The position numbers were made by a program, and so were the translations under genes. Source: Candidatus Micrarchaeum sp. (GTDB lineage: Archaea > Micrarchaeota > Micrarchaeia > Micrarchaeales > Micrarchaeaceae). Taken from it: DNA of 32,000 bases. A model generated the notes under the pieces. The model was not told where the DNA came from and did no database searches. It saw only the letters and a list, made by a program, of their open reading frames with translations. Of the stretch, positions 18,938 to 27,478 are shown one piece after another. Location of the stretch: positions 690,001-722,000 of the forward strand of contig NZ_CP060530.1 in NCBI RefSeq assembly GCF_016806735.1, in the 5' to 3' direction. The stretch's first letter is position 1. The number at the start of each line of letters is the position of its first letter.

Positions 18938-19501
18938 TTGATTGTTTCGGGTGTGTCTTTGGCAAGGAAAAAATCTTCAGGGAACATCTCCAGAAAAAGG
19001 GAAAGCCCTAGAAAATCGGCTTACGGCTTTTATATCATGTCTGCCATTGCGGTAGTATTGCTTCTTGCTTTTATATTTGAGCTTTCATACTCGTCAAGCC
19101 TGAACCTGATGATAAGAACGTCTTCAATTGCAAACCCGCCCATACGCTTCTTCGTTGGGACTCAGCCAGTAAACATTAGCGGAATCGTAAAAGTTCCTTC
19201 GAACCAGACATTCTGCCCTGAGAACAGCACCATAATCAACGAGAGCAATGAATTATTTTCATACGGCTATTATGCGGAATTGAACAGCAATGGAGAGTTC
19301 ACGTACTCGTTCGCACAGAACTCCAGCAACGCATACGCATTCGCCACGGTAGAAAAGCCGTTTTCGCTTGTTTCGTATTCCAGTGTTACGGTAAACTCGA
19401 GCGTATGCGCAGGATACCCGAATGCGAAACATTTGCTTGTATTGAAAATAGCTGCTCCGCACAAGTACATAGGGCCGATTTATATAAACCTGTACCGCTA
19501 G
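18938..19501 (+). CDS. Hypothetical signal-anchored/secreted protein
   Basis: A basic N-region is followed by a hydrophobic helix (MSAIAVVLLLAFIFELS) and an N-x-S/T-rich body. The start is uncertain: TTG 18938, GTG 18953 or ATG 19037. Confidence 0.5.
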   Translation: MIVSGVSLARKKSSGNISRKRESPRKSAYGFYIMSAIAVVLLLAFIFELSYSSSLNLMIRTSSIANPPIRFFVGTQPVNISGIVKVPSNQTFCPENSTIINESNELFSYGYYAELNSNGEFTYSFAQNSSNAYAFATVEKPFSLVSYSSVTVNSSVCAGYPNAKHLLVLKIAAPHKYIGPIYINLYR

Positions 19502-19559
19502 CTAAACGCATCAGTTTATTATATTTTATTAGCCAATCCCTGATAATTTAGGTGTGATT

Positions 19560-20009
19560 ATGCCAAAAGAAAGGACCTTAGTTCTGATAAAGCCTGACGG
19601 CGTGATGAAAAGGATAATCGGAGAGATATTTTCCAGATTCGAAAAGAAGGGGCTCAGAATCGCCGCAGTGAAAATGCTGAGCGTGAGCATTGAGACCGCT
19701 GAAAGGCACTATTCAGTGCACAAGGGCAAGCCTTTCTATGGAGATCTTATAGATTACATAACCTCTGGACCGGTGATTGCAATGGTTCTTGAGGGAAACG
19801 GAGCCATAGCAGTAGTCAGGAAGATGATTGGCTCGACAGACGGCTCGAAGGCAGAGCCTGGAACGATAAGGGGAGATTTTGCAATGAGCGTCAATTTCAA
19901 TACCGTTCATGCAAGCGATTCTGTTGAATCCGCCAACTACGAGATACCAATATTCTTTACAGAAAAGGAGATACTGGATTACGAAATGCCTGACAAGGAT
20001 TTCGTATGA
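19560..20009 (+). CDS. ndk: Nucleoside diphosphate kinase
   Basis: ERTLVLIKPDGV...GPVIAMVLEG...RGDFA...N.VHASDS contains the active-site His motif. AGGTG lies upstream of ATG 19560. Confidence 0.9.
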   Translation: MPKERTLVLIKPDGVMKRIIGEIFSRFEKKGLRIAAVKMLSVSIETAERHYSVHKGKPFYGDLIDYITSGPVIAMVLEGNGAIAVVRKMIGSTDGSKAEPGTIRGDFAMSVNFNTVHASDSVESANYEIPIFFTEKEILDYEMPDKDFV

Positions 20010-20013
20010 AAGC

Positions 20014-21234
20014 TTATTCCGATATGCCGTAGCCGGTCAGCTTCCATCTTTGCGAAACGTTCCTCATTATGGCTATCTTGGAGCCTTTCTCAGCGCATAC
20101 GGGATGTTTTAAATCCAACTTTATGGTATCGCGCTTTGCGCTTTTGACATATCCTACTACCGTAAGGGTGCCTATGCTCAATATCATGGGCTCGTTCTCG
20201 GACACGCCATGCTCCTGCAGGTCCGATCTCTTCAATGAATGGTATTTGAGCGTGATAGTTGTGAGCACCTCGGGCAGCTTGCCGGGCTTGCCCAGCAGGT
20301 TTCCGACCAGACCGTCGGCCTTTGTGAAGTAGGGGTCTATTTCTGTCGAAAGCCCTATAAGCCCTCCAGGGTATGCTTCCTCCAGCTGGATTTCGCCATT
20401 GCTTATGCCTGAAACCTTGGTCTTGACGGGCTTGTAGGTTTCCTTCTTTGACTTGCCGATTATCCTTATGCCAGGCCTTATTTCGACTTCGTCTCCGAGC
20501 TTTATCTTGCCGCGTATTATCGTGCCGCCTACGACTCCGCCCTTAAGGCTGCCTGGCTTTGCGCCTGGCCTGTTGACGTCAAAGGATCTCGCTATGTACA
20601 TTATCGGATCGGCATTGGAGTCATGCTCCGGCTTTGGCAGCTCCGTTATTTTCTCCAGAAGCACGTCTATGTTTATGCCTTTGCTGGCGACAACCGGTAT
20701 TATGGGCGCATCTTCTATTACGCTGCCCTTCAGGAATTCCTTTATCTGGTTGTAGTGCTTCGCTGCGGCTTCCTTGCCCACTATGTCGACTTTGCTCTGT
20801 ATGACTATTGCGTGCTTTATGCCGAGAAGGTTTATTACCATTAAGTGCTCCTTTGTCTGCTGCATGGGGCACGGTTCATTGGCAGCTATCACGAAAAGTA
20901 TTGCGTTTATTATGTTCGCCCCAGCTATGGCAGTGGCCATGAGTGTTTCGTGGCCCGGAGCGTCCAGTATCGATATCCTCATCAGCGGCTCGGGGTTGCC
21001 TTCGCAGCCCTGGCATTTGTCTCCCACAGTATAAGCTTCAGGGCCGGTGCAGCCATTGCACTTCTTGATTATGGTATCGGCATAGCCCAGCTTTATTGTC
21101 ATGTTCCTCTTTATGCTCTCGCTGTGCCTGTCGGTCCACATCCCAGTCAGGGCACCTACTATTGTGGTCTTGCCGTGGTCGACGTGACCCAAAGTACCTA
21201 TGTTCAGAACGCTCTGCTTTATCCCATTATCCAA
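20014..21234 (-). CDS. eif2g: Translation initiation factor aIF2 gamma subunit
   Basis: NIGTLGHVDHGKTT (G1), DAPGHE (G3), SKVD (G4) and the zinc-knuckle cysteines CNGC...CQGC typical of aIF2-gamma. A TTG start at 21234 is required because the first in-frame ATG lies after the P-loop. Confidence 0.9.
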   Translation of the reverse strand: MDNGIKQSVLNIGTLGHVDHGKTTIVGALTGMWTDRHSESIKRNMTIKLGYADTIIKKCNGCTGPEAYTVGDKCQGCEGNPEPLMRISILDAPGHETLMATAIAGANIINAILFVIAANEPCPMQQTKEHLMVINLLGIKHAIVIQSKVDIVGKEAAAKHYNQIKEFLKGSVIEDAPIIPVVASKGINIDVLLEKITELPKPEHDSNADPIMYIARSFDVNRPGAKPGSLKGGVVGGTIIRGKIKLGDEVEIRPGIRIIGKSKKETYKPVKTKVSGISNGEIQLEEAYPGGLIGLSTEIDPYFTKADGLVGNLLGKPGKLPEVLTTITLKYHSLKRSDLQEHGVSENEPMILSIGTLTVVGYVKSAKRDTIKLDLKHPVCAEKGSKIAIMRNVSQRWKLTGYGISE

Positions 21235-21262
21235 AAAACCACTTTAAGTTAAGATGAGAAGC

Positions 21263-21667
21263 TCATTGTTTCTGCTCCTGCTCTTTGGCCTCGCCCTTTT
21301 CTTTCTTGGGGAAGACCTCTTCTATCGGCTTGTCGCCGTATTTTACTATTACAGCGTTGAGCTGCTCGATGTTCTCGCTTATCGTGCTCCCGGCTACGGT
21401 CTTGCGCCTGTATTCTCCCTTGTCCTTGCCGGCATCGGCTATCTTTTTCATGACGCTTCTCTTCGCTGTTCCCTGTATGCTGTTGTCCATCGGGAAGCCG
21501 CTCTTGTCCGAGCCTCCGGTTATCTTTAGCGTGTAGCCGCTGAGGCCGACGACTGCGCCGTCGATCTCGTCGCCTATGCGCTTGTTTATAACCATTGCAA
21601 CCATGTCCGAGCTCAGCTCTGACTGCGCCGTACGTCCGCTTTTCGGGTCTGAATAAACGATTTTCAT
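21263..21667 (-). CDS. rps6e: 30S ribosomal protein S6e
   Basis: MKIVYSDPKSGRTAQ...LKITGGSDKSGFPM is the S6e signature. It has a lysine/glutamate-rich tail. The start is the internal ATG, with TATA ctataatac about 30 nt upstream. The rps6e-eif2g adjacency is common in archaea. Confidence 0.85.
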   Translation of the reverse strand: MKIVYSDPKSGRTAQSELSSDMVAMVINKRIGDEIDGAVVGLSGYTLKITGGSDKSGFPMDNSIQGTAKRSVMKKIADAGKDKGEYRRKTVAGSTISENIEQLNAVIVKYGDKPIEEVFPKKEKGEAKEQEQKQ

Positions 21668-21777
21668 ATCTCTCACTTTTACATAGACTATAGTATTATA
21701 GCATTGCGCTTCGGGACAATCGGGCATGCTGGCCCGTGAGCCGTCGCGCATTACTATTGGCGTTTAATCTTTTATTA

Positions 21778-23934
21778 CTATCTGTACATGTTCTCGGGCT
21801 CATCCTTGAAGCGCTTTATGCGCTCTGACAGCTCTTTAGGTATTGCAGGCCTTATTTCCTCGAGCGCCTTTTCGAAGTCCTCCTTGATTACCTCGTTCCT
21901 GTTGGCCCTTATCGCGTTCATGCCGGCTTCCCTTGTGAGGTTTTCTATTTCTGCACCAGTATAGCCCTCAGTTGCCTTGGCAAGCTGCTCGATGCTCACG
22001 TCCTTGGCTATCGGCATCCTCTTCATGTGGACTTTGAATATTTCCAGCCTTGCCGCCTCGTTTGGCATAGGTATTTCTATGATTTTGTCGAACCTTCCCG
22101 GCCTCAGGAGCGCAGGGTCTATTATGTCGGGCCTGTTTGTTGCCGCTATCACTATTACGTTCTTAAGCCCTCCCAGGCCGTCCATTTCCGTCAGCAAAGT
22201 ATCGACTACCCTTTCCGTTACCATCGAATCGCTTGAATCGCCGCTGCGCGTGTAGGCTATGGAGTCTATCTCGTCTATGAATATTATGCACGGCGCAGCC
22301 ATCTTGGCCTTCCTGAAGAGCTCCCTTACTGCCTTCTCGCTCTCTCCGACATACTTGCTGAGCAGCTCCGGACCTTTTATGGATATGAAGTTCGATTCTC
22401 GCTCCGTAGCCACGGCCTTGGCAAGCATGGTCTTTCCGACACCAGGTGCGCCTACCAGCAGCACGCCCTTTACGGGCCTTATGCCCATCTTGGTAAACGC
22501 TTCAGGCTTCTTGATTGGGAGTTCTACTGCTTCCTTGAGCTGAGCCTTTACCTCTTCAAGGTCTCCAACGTCGTTCCAGTGCACGTTTGGCCTCTCAACG
22601 AAAACCTCCCTCAGCGCGCTCGGCTGTATGCCGTTGAATGCCTCCATGAAGTCCTCCTTTGTGACCTCAAGGCTAACCAGCAGCTCATTTGGCACCGACC
22701 TCTTGTCCAATATCTTCGGAAGTATCCTCCTAAGCGTAGCCATTGCAGCTTCCCTGGCAAGAGATGTTATGTCTGCTCCTGTGAAACCGTGAGTCATGTC
22801 TGCAAGATCGTCAACGCTGACGTCCTTTGCCACTGGCATGTTCCTGGTGTGTATCTGAAGTATCTCCTTCCTTGAATTCCTGTCAGGCACGCCGATTTCT
22901 ATCTCCCTGTCAAACCTTCCCGGCCTTCTTAGCGCAGGGTCTATGGCGTTCTGCCTGTTTGTTGCCCCTATGACTATGACCTGGCCCCTTGAGCTCATGC
23001 CGTCCATTAGGGTTAGCAGCTGCGATACCATGCGCCTCTCGACCTCGTTTGTGGCCTCTTCCCTCTTGGGCGCTATGGCGTCTATCTCGTCCATGAATAT
23101 TATAGTTGGGGCCTTTTCCTTTGCCTCGTCGAATATGCTCCTTAGCCTCTCTTCGCTCTCTCCTACGAACTTGCTCACCAGCTCAGGGCCTGATATGTCT
23201 ATGAAGTTGGCATCGCTCTCGTTTGCCACTGCCTTTGCAAGAAGCGTCTTTCCGGTTCCAGGTGGCCCGTACAAAAGAACGCCCTTTGGAGGTTCTATCC
23301 CGAGCCTCTCGAAGAGCTCAGGATACCTTATCGGCAGCTCTACCATCTCCCTTATCTTCTGGATTTCGTTCTTCAAGCCTCCTATGTCTTCGTAGTGCAC
23401 ATCGCCTATGCGGACCATTGATTCCGACACCGGCTCGTTCTTTACCGTTACCTCAGTGCTTTGCGTTACCTTGACGACACCGTGCGGAGTTACCTGCGCC
23501 ACAACGAAGTTGAACACGTAGCCGAACATCGGCACCGGAACAACGTCGCCCTTAACTAGAGGCTTGTTCTCGAGCTTGTTCTTCGCGTATTCTGAAAAAT
23601 CAGGCGATATTGGAGTCCTCTGGTTCTGCGGCGGGGCAAGGATAACTCTCTCTGCATCGTTGACTTCTGCCTTTGTTACGAATATCTTGTCGCCTATGCC
23701 AACGCCAAGGTTCTGCCTTATGTAACCGTCAATACGTATGAAGTCCAGACCCTCGTCCTGCTGGTGGGCCTGCCAGACTATAGCTGCGGTTGACCTGCGC
23801 TTGCCCTTTATTTCTATTATGTCACCGGATATGACGTTGAGCATCTTTCTAGCTTTGGAGTCTATGCGCGCAATGCCCCTTCCGTCATCAGTTACGAGTG
23901 CTCCGGCGACCGTCAATTCTATACCATTAACCAA
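21778..23934 (-). CDS. cdc48: Cdc48/VAT-type double AAA+ ATPase
   Basis: An N-domain ([10 protein letters not shown]...[10 protein letters not shown]) and two AAA modules with Walker A GPPGTGKT and GAPGVGKT and Walker B IIFMDEID and IIFIDEID. The C-terminus ...ENMYR fits the HbYX proteasome-docking motif. A TTG start at 23934 is required to keep the N-domain. Confidence 0.92.
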   Translation of the reverse strand: MVNGIELTVAGALVTDDGRGIARIDSKARKMLNVISGDIIEIKGKRRSTAAIVWQAHQQDEGLDFIRIDGYIRQNLGVGIGDKIFVTKAEVNDAERVILAPPQNQRTPISPDFSEYAKNKLENKPLVKGDVVPVPMFGYVFNFVVAQVTPHGVVKVTQSTEVTVKNEPVSESMVRIGDVHYEDIGGLKNEIQKIREMVELPIRYPELFERLGIEPPKGVLLYGPPGTGKTLLAKAVANESDANFIDISGPELVSKFVGESEERLRSIFDEAKEKAPTIIFMDEIDAIAPKREEATNEVERRMVSQLLTLMDGMSSRGQVIVIGATNRQNAIDPALRRPGRFDREIEIGVPDRNSRKEILQIHTRNMPVAKDVSVDDLADMTHGFTGADITSLAREAAMATLRRILPKILDKRSVPNELLVSLEVTKEDFMEAFNGIQPSALREVFVERPNVHWNDVGDLEEVKAQLKEAVELPIKKPEAFTKMGIRPVKGVLLVGAPGVGKTMLAKAVATERESNFISIKGPELLSKYVGESEKAVRELFRKAKMAAPCIIFIDEIDSIAYTRSGDSSDSMVTERVVDTLLTEMDGLGGLKNVIVIAATNRPDIIDPALLRPGRFDKIIEIPMPNEAARLEIFKVHMKRMPIAKDVSIEQLAKATEGYTGAEIENLTREAGMNAIRANRNEVIKEDFEKALEEIRPAIPKELSERIKRFKDEPENMYR

Positions 23935-24006
23935 AAAACCACCTTGTTTTGAACGTCAAGCATTAAACAAACTATATTTTTAAGCCAAAAGTATAAAAGG
24001 CATTTA

Positions 24007-24035
24007 CAAAAGAGCATCTTTTGCATGCTCTTTTG
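24007..24035. promoter_or_regulatory. 11-bp perfect stem / 7-nt loop hairpin in the cdc48-tuf intergenic region
   Basis: caaaagagcat-cttttgc-atgctcttttg. It lies just upstream of the cdc48 TATA elements and downstream of the acidic mini-ORF on the minus strand. Confidence 0.3.
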
Positions 24036-24166
24036 CATGAAATACGGTGCTTTGAAGTATTCTTATGTTGAAAAAAGACCATCAAAATATGAGATAAATA
24101 TAATTAGGGGTATAAACAAAAAATAAAAACCATTAATTCGGAAGACCGTTAAACGCTGTTGCCGAT

Positions 24167-24262
24167 TTAGTAATCGTCGCCTTCTTCGTCTTCGTCGTCG
24201 TCCATGTCGTCGTCGTCTTCGTCGTCTTCGTCGTCTTCGTCTACGTCTTCATCCTTTGCCAT
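24167..24262 (-). CDS. Candidate 31-aa hyper-acidic micro-protein (MAKDEDVDEDDEDDEDDDDMDDDEDEEGDDY)
   Basis: Hand translation of the minus strand gives ATG 24262 to TAA 24167. GGTGATC (an excellent anti-16S match) lies 3 nt upstream of the ATG. TATA-like cttataat and ttttatatc lie about 25-40 nt upstream. It is below the ORF-track size cutoff. Confidence 0.45.
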   Translation of the reverse strand: MAKDEDVDEDDEDDEDDDDMDDDEDEEGDDY

Positions 24263-24533
24263 TCGATCACCGAAAAGCTAGCATTATAAGGTATGCACAA
24301 AGATATAAAAGCTTTTGCGAATTGTACTGCCGATGGCCTGCCATACGCTGACAAACGGCAGAAACGGCGAGGTGGAGATTATAAAGATTTATATATTTAT
24401 CTCTAGTTAAATTAATCTGGTTCGGCAATTAATGGCCGGATTCGCATAAAGCTTAGTATGCTCATTCAAGCCGAACTGAAAGGACAAGCCCTGCTTGTAT
24501 ATAATATTAAGATAGAATTAATTGGTGAAATAA

Positions 24534-25811
24534 ATGTCAGACAAACCCCACATGAACCTGATCTTCATCGGGCACGTAGACCACGGCAAGTCAACAACCG
24601 TAGGAAGGTTGCTTTACGAGACGCACGTCATAACGGACAGGGATATACAGAGATACAAGGAGTTAACGCAGCAGATGAACAGGCCGACGTTCGAATTCGC
24701 ATTCGTCATGGACCAGCTCAAGGAGGAGCGTGAAAGAGGTATAACCATAGACATAATGCACAGGGATTTCCAGACGCCTAAATACTACTTCACGATAATA
24801 GACGCCCCTGGTCACAGGGACTTCGTAAAGAACATGATTACAGGAGCAAGCCAGGCAGACGCAGCAGTTCTCGTAGTGAGCGCAGTGGATGGAGTCCAGG
24901 CTCAGACAAGGGAGCACGCGATACTGGCGAACGTTCTTGGAATAGCACAGATGATAGTTGGAGTCAACAAGATGGACGCAGCCAACTATGACCAGAAGAA
25001 GTTTGAAGAGGCAAAGGCAAACGTACAGCAGCTGCTAAAGTCTCTAGGCTACAGGAACGTGGACGCGATAAACTTCGTTCCTTATTCCGCACTTGCAGGA
25101 GACAACGTAGCCGCAAAGTCGGACAAGATGCCGTGGTACAACGGGCCTACCCTTTTGGGATCCTTGGACCTGCTGACAGTTCCGGCAAAGCCCACGGACA
25201 AGCCATTGAGGCTTCCGATACAGGACGTTTACAGCATTTCAGGATTCGGAACCGTTCCGGTAGGAAGGGTAGAAACTGGAGTGATGAAGCCTGGAGACCA
25301 GGTAATCATAATGCCGAGCGGCGCAAAGGCCGAAGTTAAGAGCATAGAAATGCACCACCAGCAGCTGCAAAAGGCAGAGCCAGGAGACAACGTAGGATTC
25401 AACATCAAGGGCGTTGACAGGAAAGATGTCAAGCGCGGAGACGTTGTGGGGCCGACAAGCAACCCGCCAATGGTAGTGAGCGAGTTTAAGGCGCAGATAA
25501 TAATACTGCACCACCAGAACGTAATAGCCAAGGGCTACACGCCTGTATTCCACATACACACGGCGCAGATTGCATGCACCATAACGGACATCTTGGAAAA
25601 GAAGGATCCGAAGACCGGCCAGGTATTGGAGCAGAACCCAGAAACAATAAAGACTGGTGACATCGCCATAGTCAAGATAAAGCCGACGAAGCCAATATGC
25701 GCTGAGAAGTACAGCGATTTCCCGCAGCTAGGAAGGTTCGCAATAAGGGACATGGGAGAAACCGTAGGCGCAGGAGTCATATTGGATGTGACACCGGCAC
25801 AGGGCAAATGA
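24534..25811 (+). CDS. tuf: Translation elongation factor EF-1 alpha
   Basis: [30 protein letters not shown] and the C-terminal beta-barrel domains. 425 aa. GGTGA lies 5 nt upstream of the ATG. Confidence 0.95.
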   Translation: MSDKPHMNLIFIGHVDHGKSTTVGRLLYETHVITDRDIQRYKELTQQMNRPTFEFAFVMDQLKEERERGITIDIMHRDFQTPKYYFTIIDAPGHRDFVKNMITGASQADAAVLVVSAVDGVQAQTREHAILANVLGIAQMIVGVNKMDAANYDQKKFEEAKANVQQLLKSLGYRNVDAINFVPYSALAGDNVAAKSDKMPWYNGPTLLGSLDLLTVPAKPTDKPLRLPIQDVYSISGFGTVPVGRVETGVMKPGDQVIIMPSGAKAEVKSIEMHHQQLQKAEPGDNVGFNIKGVDRKDVKRGDVVGPTSNPPMVVSEFKAQIIILHHQNVIAKGYTPVFHIHTAQIACTITDILEKKDPKTGQVLEQNPETIKTGDIAIVKIKPTKPICAEKYSDFPQLGRFAIRDMGETVGAGVILDVTPAQGK

Positions 25812-25824
25812 TTAGTGGTGCCGA

Positions 25825-26133
25825 ATGAGTGGAGTCGCAGTAATAAAACTTGCAAGCATCTCAAAGAGCGATGCCGACGGAGTCATGAAGCAGATAAAGG
25901 ACATTGCCCAGTCAATAGGGGTCAAAGTCAAAGGCCCGATACCTCTCCCGACCAAAAGGATAAAGCATGCGGTCAGGAAGGCGCCCGGAGCCGACGGAAG
26001 CCACACCTATGAAAAGTGGGAGCTGCGAATCCACAAAAGGCTGATACAGATATACGCCAACGACCAGGCCTTGAGGCAGGTCATGCGCATACCAGTGCCT
26101 GACACAGTCCAGATAGAAATAAGCCTCACCTGA
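25825..26133 (+). CDS. rps10: 30S ribosomal protein S10 (uS10)
   Basis: KGPIPLPTKR...HKRLIQI is the uS10 signature. The tuf-rps10 linkage is conserved in archaea. Confidence 0.9.
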   Translation: MSGVAVIKLASISKSDADGVMKQIKDIAQSIGVKVKGPIPLPTKRIKHAVRKAPGADGSHTYEKWELRIHKRLIQIYANDQALRQVMRIPVPDTVQIEISLT

Positions 26134-26140
26134 CGGGGCT

Positions 26141-26170
26141 TCTCCTTTTTATTTTTTATTATTCTTGTTG
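26141..26170 (+). terminator. Oligo-T tracts after rps10 (shared convergent terminator zone with rsgA)
   Basis: tctccTTTTTaTTTTTTaTTaTTcTTgTT lies immediately after the rps10 stop. Confidence 0.45.
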
Positions 26171-26238
26171 AGTTTTTAGCATAATAGCGTTAGCTTGCTT
26201 GGCTCAATTTCGTTCTTCTTTAGATTTATTGATGCGAC

Positions 26239-27300
26239 TCATTCTTTCGTAAGAAGGCGTATGTAGCTGTCGTACCTGTCCCTGCGGATCAGCCCTTCTT
26301 CAACCGCTTTTTTCACTGCACATCCTGGCTCATGCGAATGCGTGCAGTCCCTGAATTTGCAGTTTTGGGAAAACTCGGCAAATTCAGGATAATAAAGCCG
26401 AAGAGAATCTTTGTCTATTCCCCACATGCCGAGCGAGCGTATCCCGGGAGTGTCGATGAGCATTGTGGATTCTCCAAGAAGGTGCAATGAGGTAGTCGAA
26501 GTGGTATGAGTGCCTTTTCCTGATTTCCTGCCCACTTCGTCAGTCAGCAGCACTTCGTCGCCCAAAAGGCTGTTTATAAGTGACGATTTTCCAACCCCAC
26601 TGCTGCCTATCATGACGCATATTTTCCCTTTTATATAAGGAAGAAGCCTGTCAACGCCGTCCTTTGTTGCGTTTGAAACCTTAACCACTGGAAGATCGGC
26701 GCTTTCATACATGGATAAGTCAGGAGCCTTGGCCAAATCTGTTTTGGTAATGCAAAGCAATGGGCTTACATTTCCATACTGGCTTATTACGAGATACCTG
26801 TCCACCAGATTCGGATTGAACGGCGGCTGCACGGTCGAAGCTACTATCACCGCAATGTCTATATTTGCAGCAATAATGTGCTCTTCTGCACGAAGCACGG
26901 ACTTTTTCGATGTGTCCATGCGCAGCCTCGCAAGCTTTGAACGCCTGACGGTTATGCCTTTTATTATTGGGTTCTTGCCTTCAAGCGCAAAGATAACATT
27001 GTCCCCTATTGCTAGCTGGTCCAGAAGGTCCAGCTGGTAATCCGTTTCCGCTTTTCCCAATATGAAATGTTTATCGTGCAGGAGAGTGAATTTCGGAGGA
27101 TTAAGCTCGGCAAGTATGCCTATGCTGCCCAGTTTCTGGGCCTCGTTATTTTCGTAGACTTCTAGGTCGGCCCGGCTGCCAGTGCTTCCAATGCGGCTGT
27201 ATTCTGAGTCGTCGCCGGTGCTGTTGGCCTGCCTGAGAGATTTGATGCGCATTGCCCTGCGCGTCTTCCAATGCTCGGCATGACTGCCCTTGTTCTTCAT
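26239..27300 (-). CDS. rsgA: Ribosome small-subunit-dependent GTPase A (RsgA/YjeQ), circularly permuted GTPase
   Basis: The G-motif order is permuted: G4 ITKTD, then G1 GSSGVGKSS, then G3 DTPG. The C-terminal zinc knuckle is CKFRDCTHSHEPGC. An N-terminal OB region carries an extension of about 70 aa. Confidence 0.85.
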   Translation of the reverse strand: MKNKGSHAEHWKTRRAMRIKSLRQANSTGDDSEYSRIGSTGSRADLEVYENNEAQKLGSIGILAELNPPKFTLLHDKHFILGKAETDYQLDLLDQLAIGDNVIFALEGKNPIIKGITVRRSKLARLRMDTSKKSVLRAEEHIIAANIDIAVIVASTVQPPFNPNLVDRYLVISQYGNVSPLLCITKTDLAKAPDLSMYESADLPVVKVSNATKDGVDRLLPYIKGKICVMIGSSGVGKSSLINSLLGDEVLLTDEVGRKSGKGTHTTSTTSLHLLGESTMLIDTPGIRSLGMWGIDKDSLRLYYPEFAEFSQNCKFRDCTHSHEPGCAVKKAVEEGLIRRDRYDSYIRLLTKE

Positions 27301-27478
27301 GATATAAGTTTGGCACGTATAGATTTAAAGTAGCCACAGTGTTGTTTGTAGGTATAAATATTAATATGATATTTGAGCTATGGAAATCTGTTGATATATG
27401 TATTGCTTAGTTCAAGTACTGCATATTTAATAAATTTGCCAGTATTCATTTATTTGAAGCAAATGTTTTGGTGCAATA

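Noticed and set aside
16662-23934. Inteins or other insertions in infB, eif2g or cdc48, which are frequent intein hosts in archaea.
   Set aside because: Protein lengths (590, 406 and 718 aa) and the uninterrupted motif spacing are those of intein-free versions.
24037-24126. A 29-codon lysine-rich plus-strand ORF (MKYGALKYSYVEKRPSKYEINIIRGINKK), convergent with the acidic mini-ORF.
   Set aside because: It has no Shine-Dalgarno. It lies in AT-rich spacer where ORFs of this length arise by chance. The basic/acidic pairing is appealing, but the sequence alone does not support it.
24204-24281. The plus-strand reading of the GTC/TTC repeat as a 25-aa poly-serine peptide (MSSSSSSSSSSSTSSSFAIRSPKS).
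   Set aside because: I saw no SD or TATA in a suitable position on the plus strand, whereas the minus-strand acidic frame has both. I kept it only as an alternative that would refute the acidic-ORF call.
2381-24352. Recurrence of the ctgccg...cggcag arms at 2381-2408 and again at about 24327-24352, as a shared regulatory motif.
   Set aside because: The arms are only 6 bp, with different spacer lengths and different contexts. Two occurrences in 32 kb are within chance expectation.
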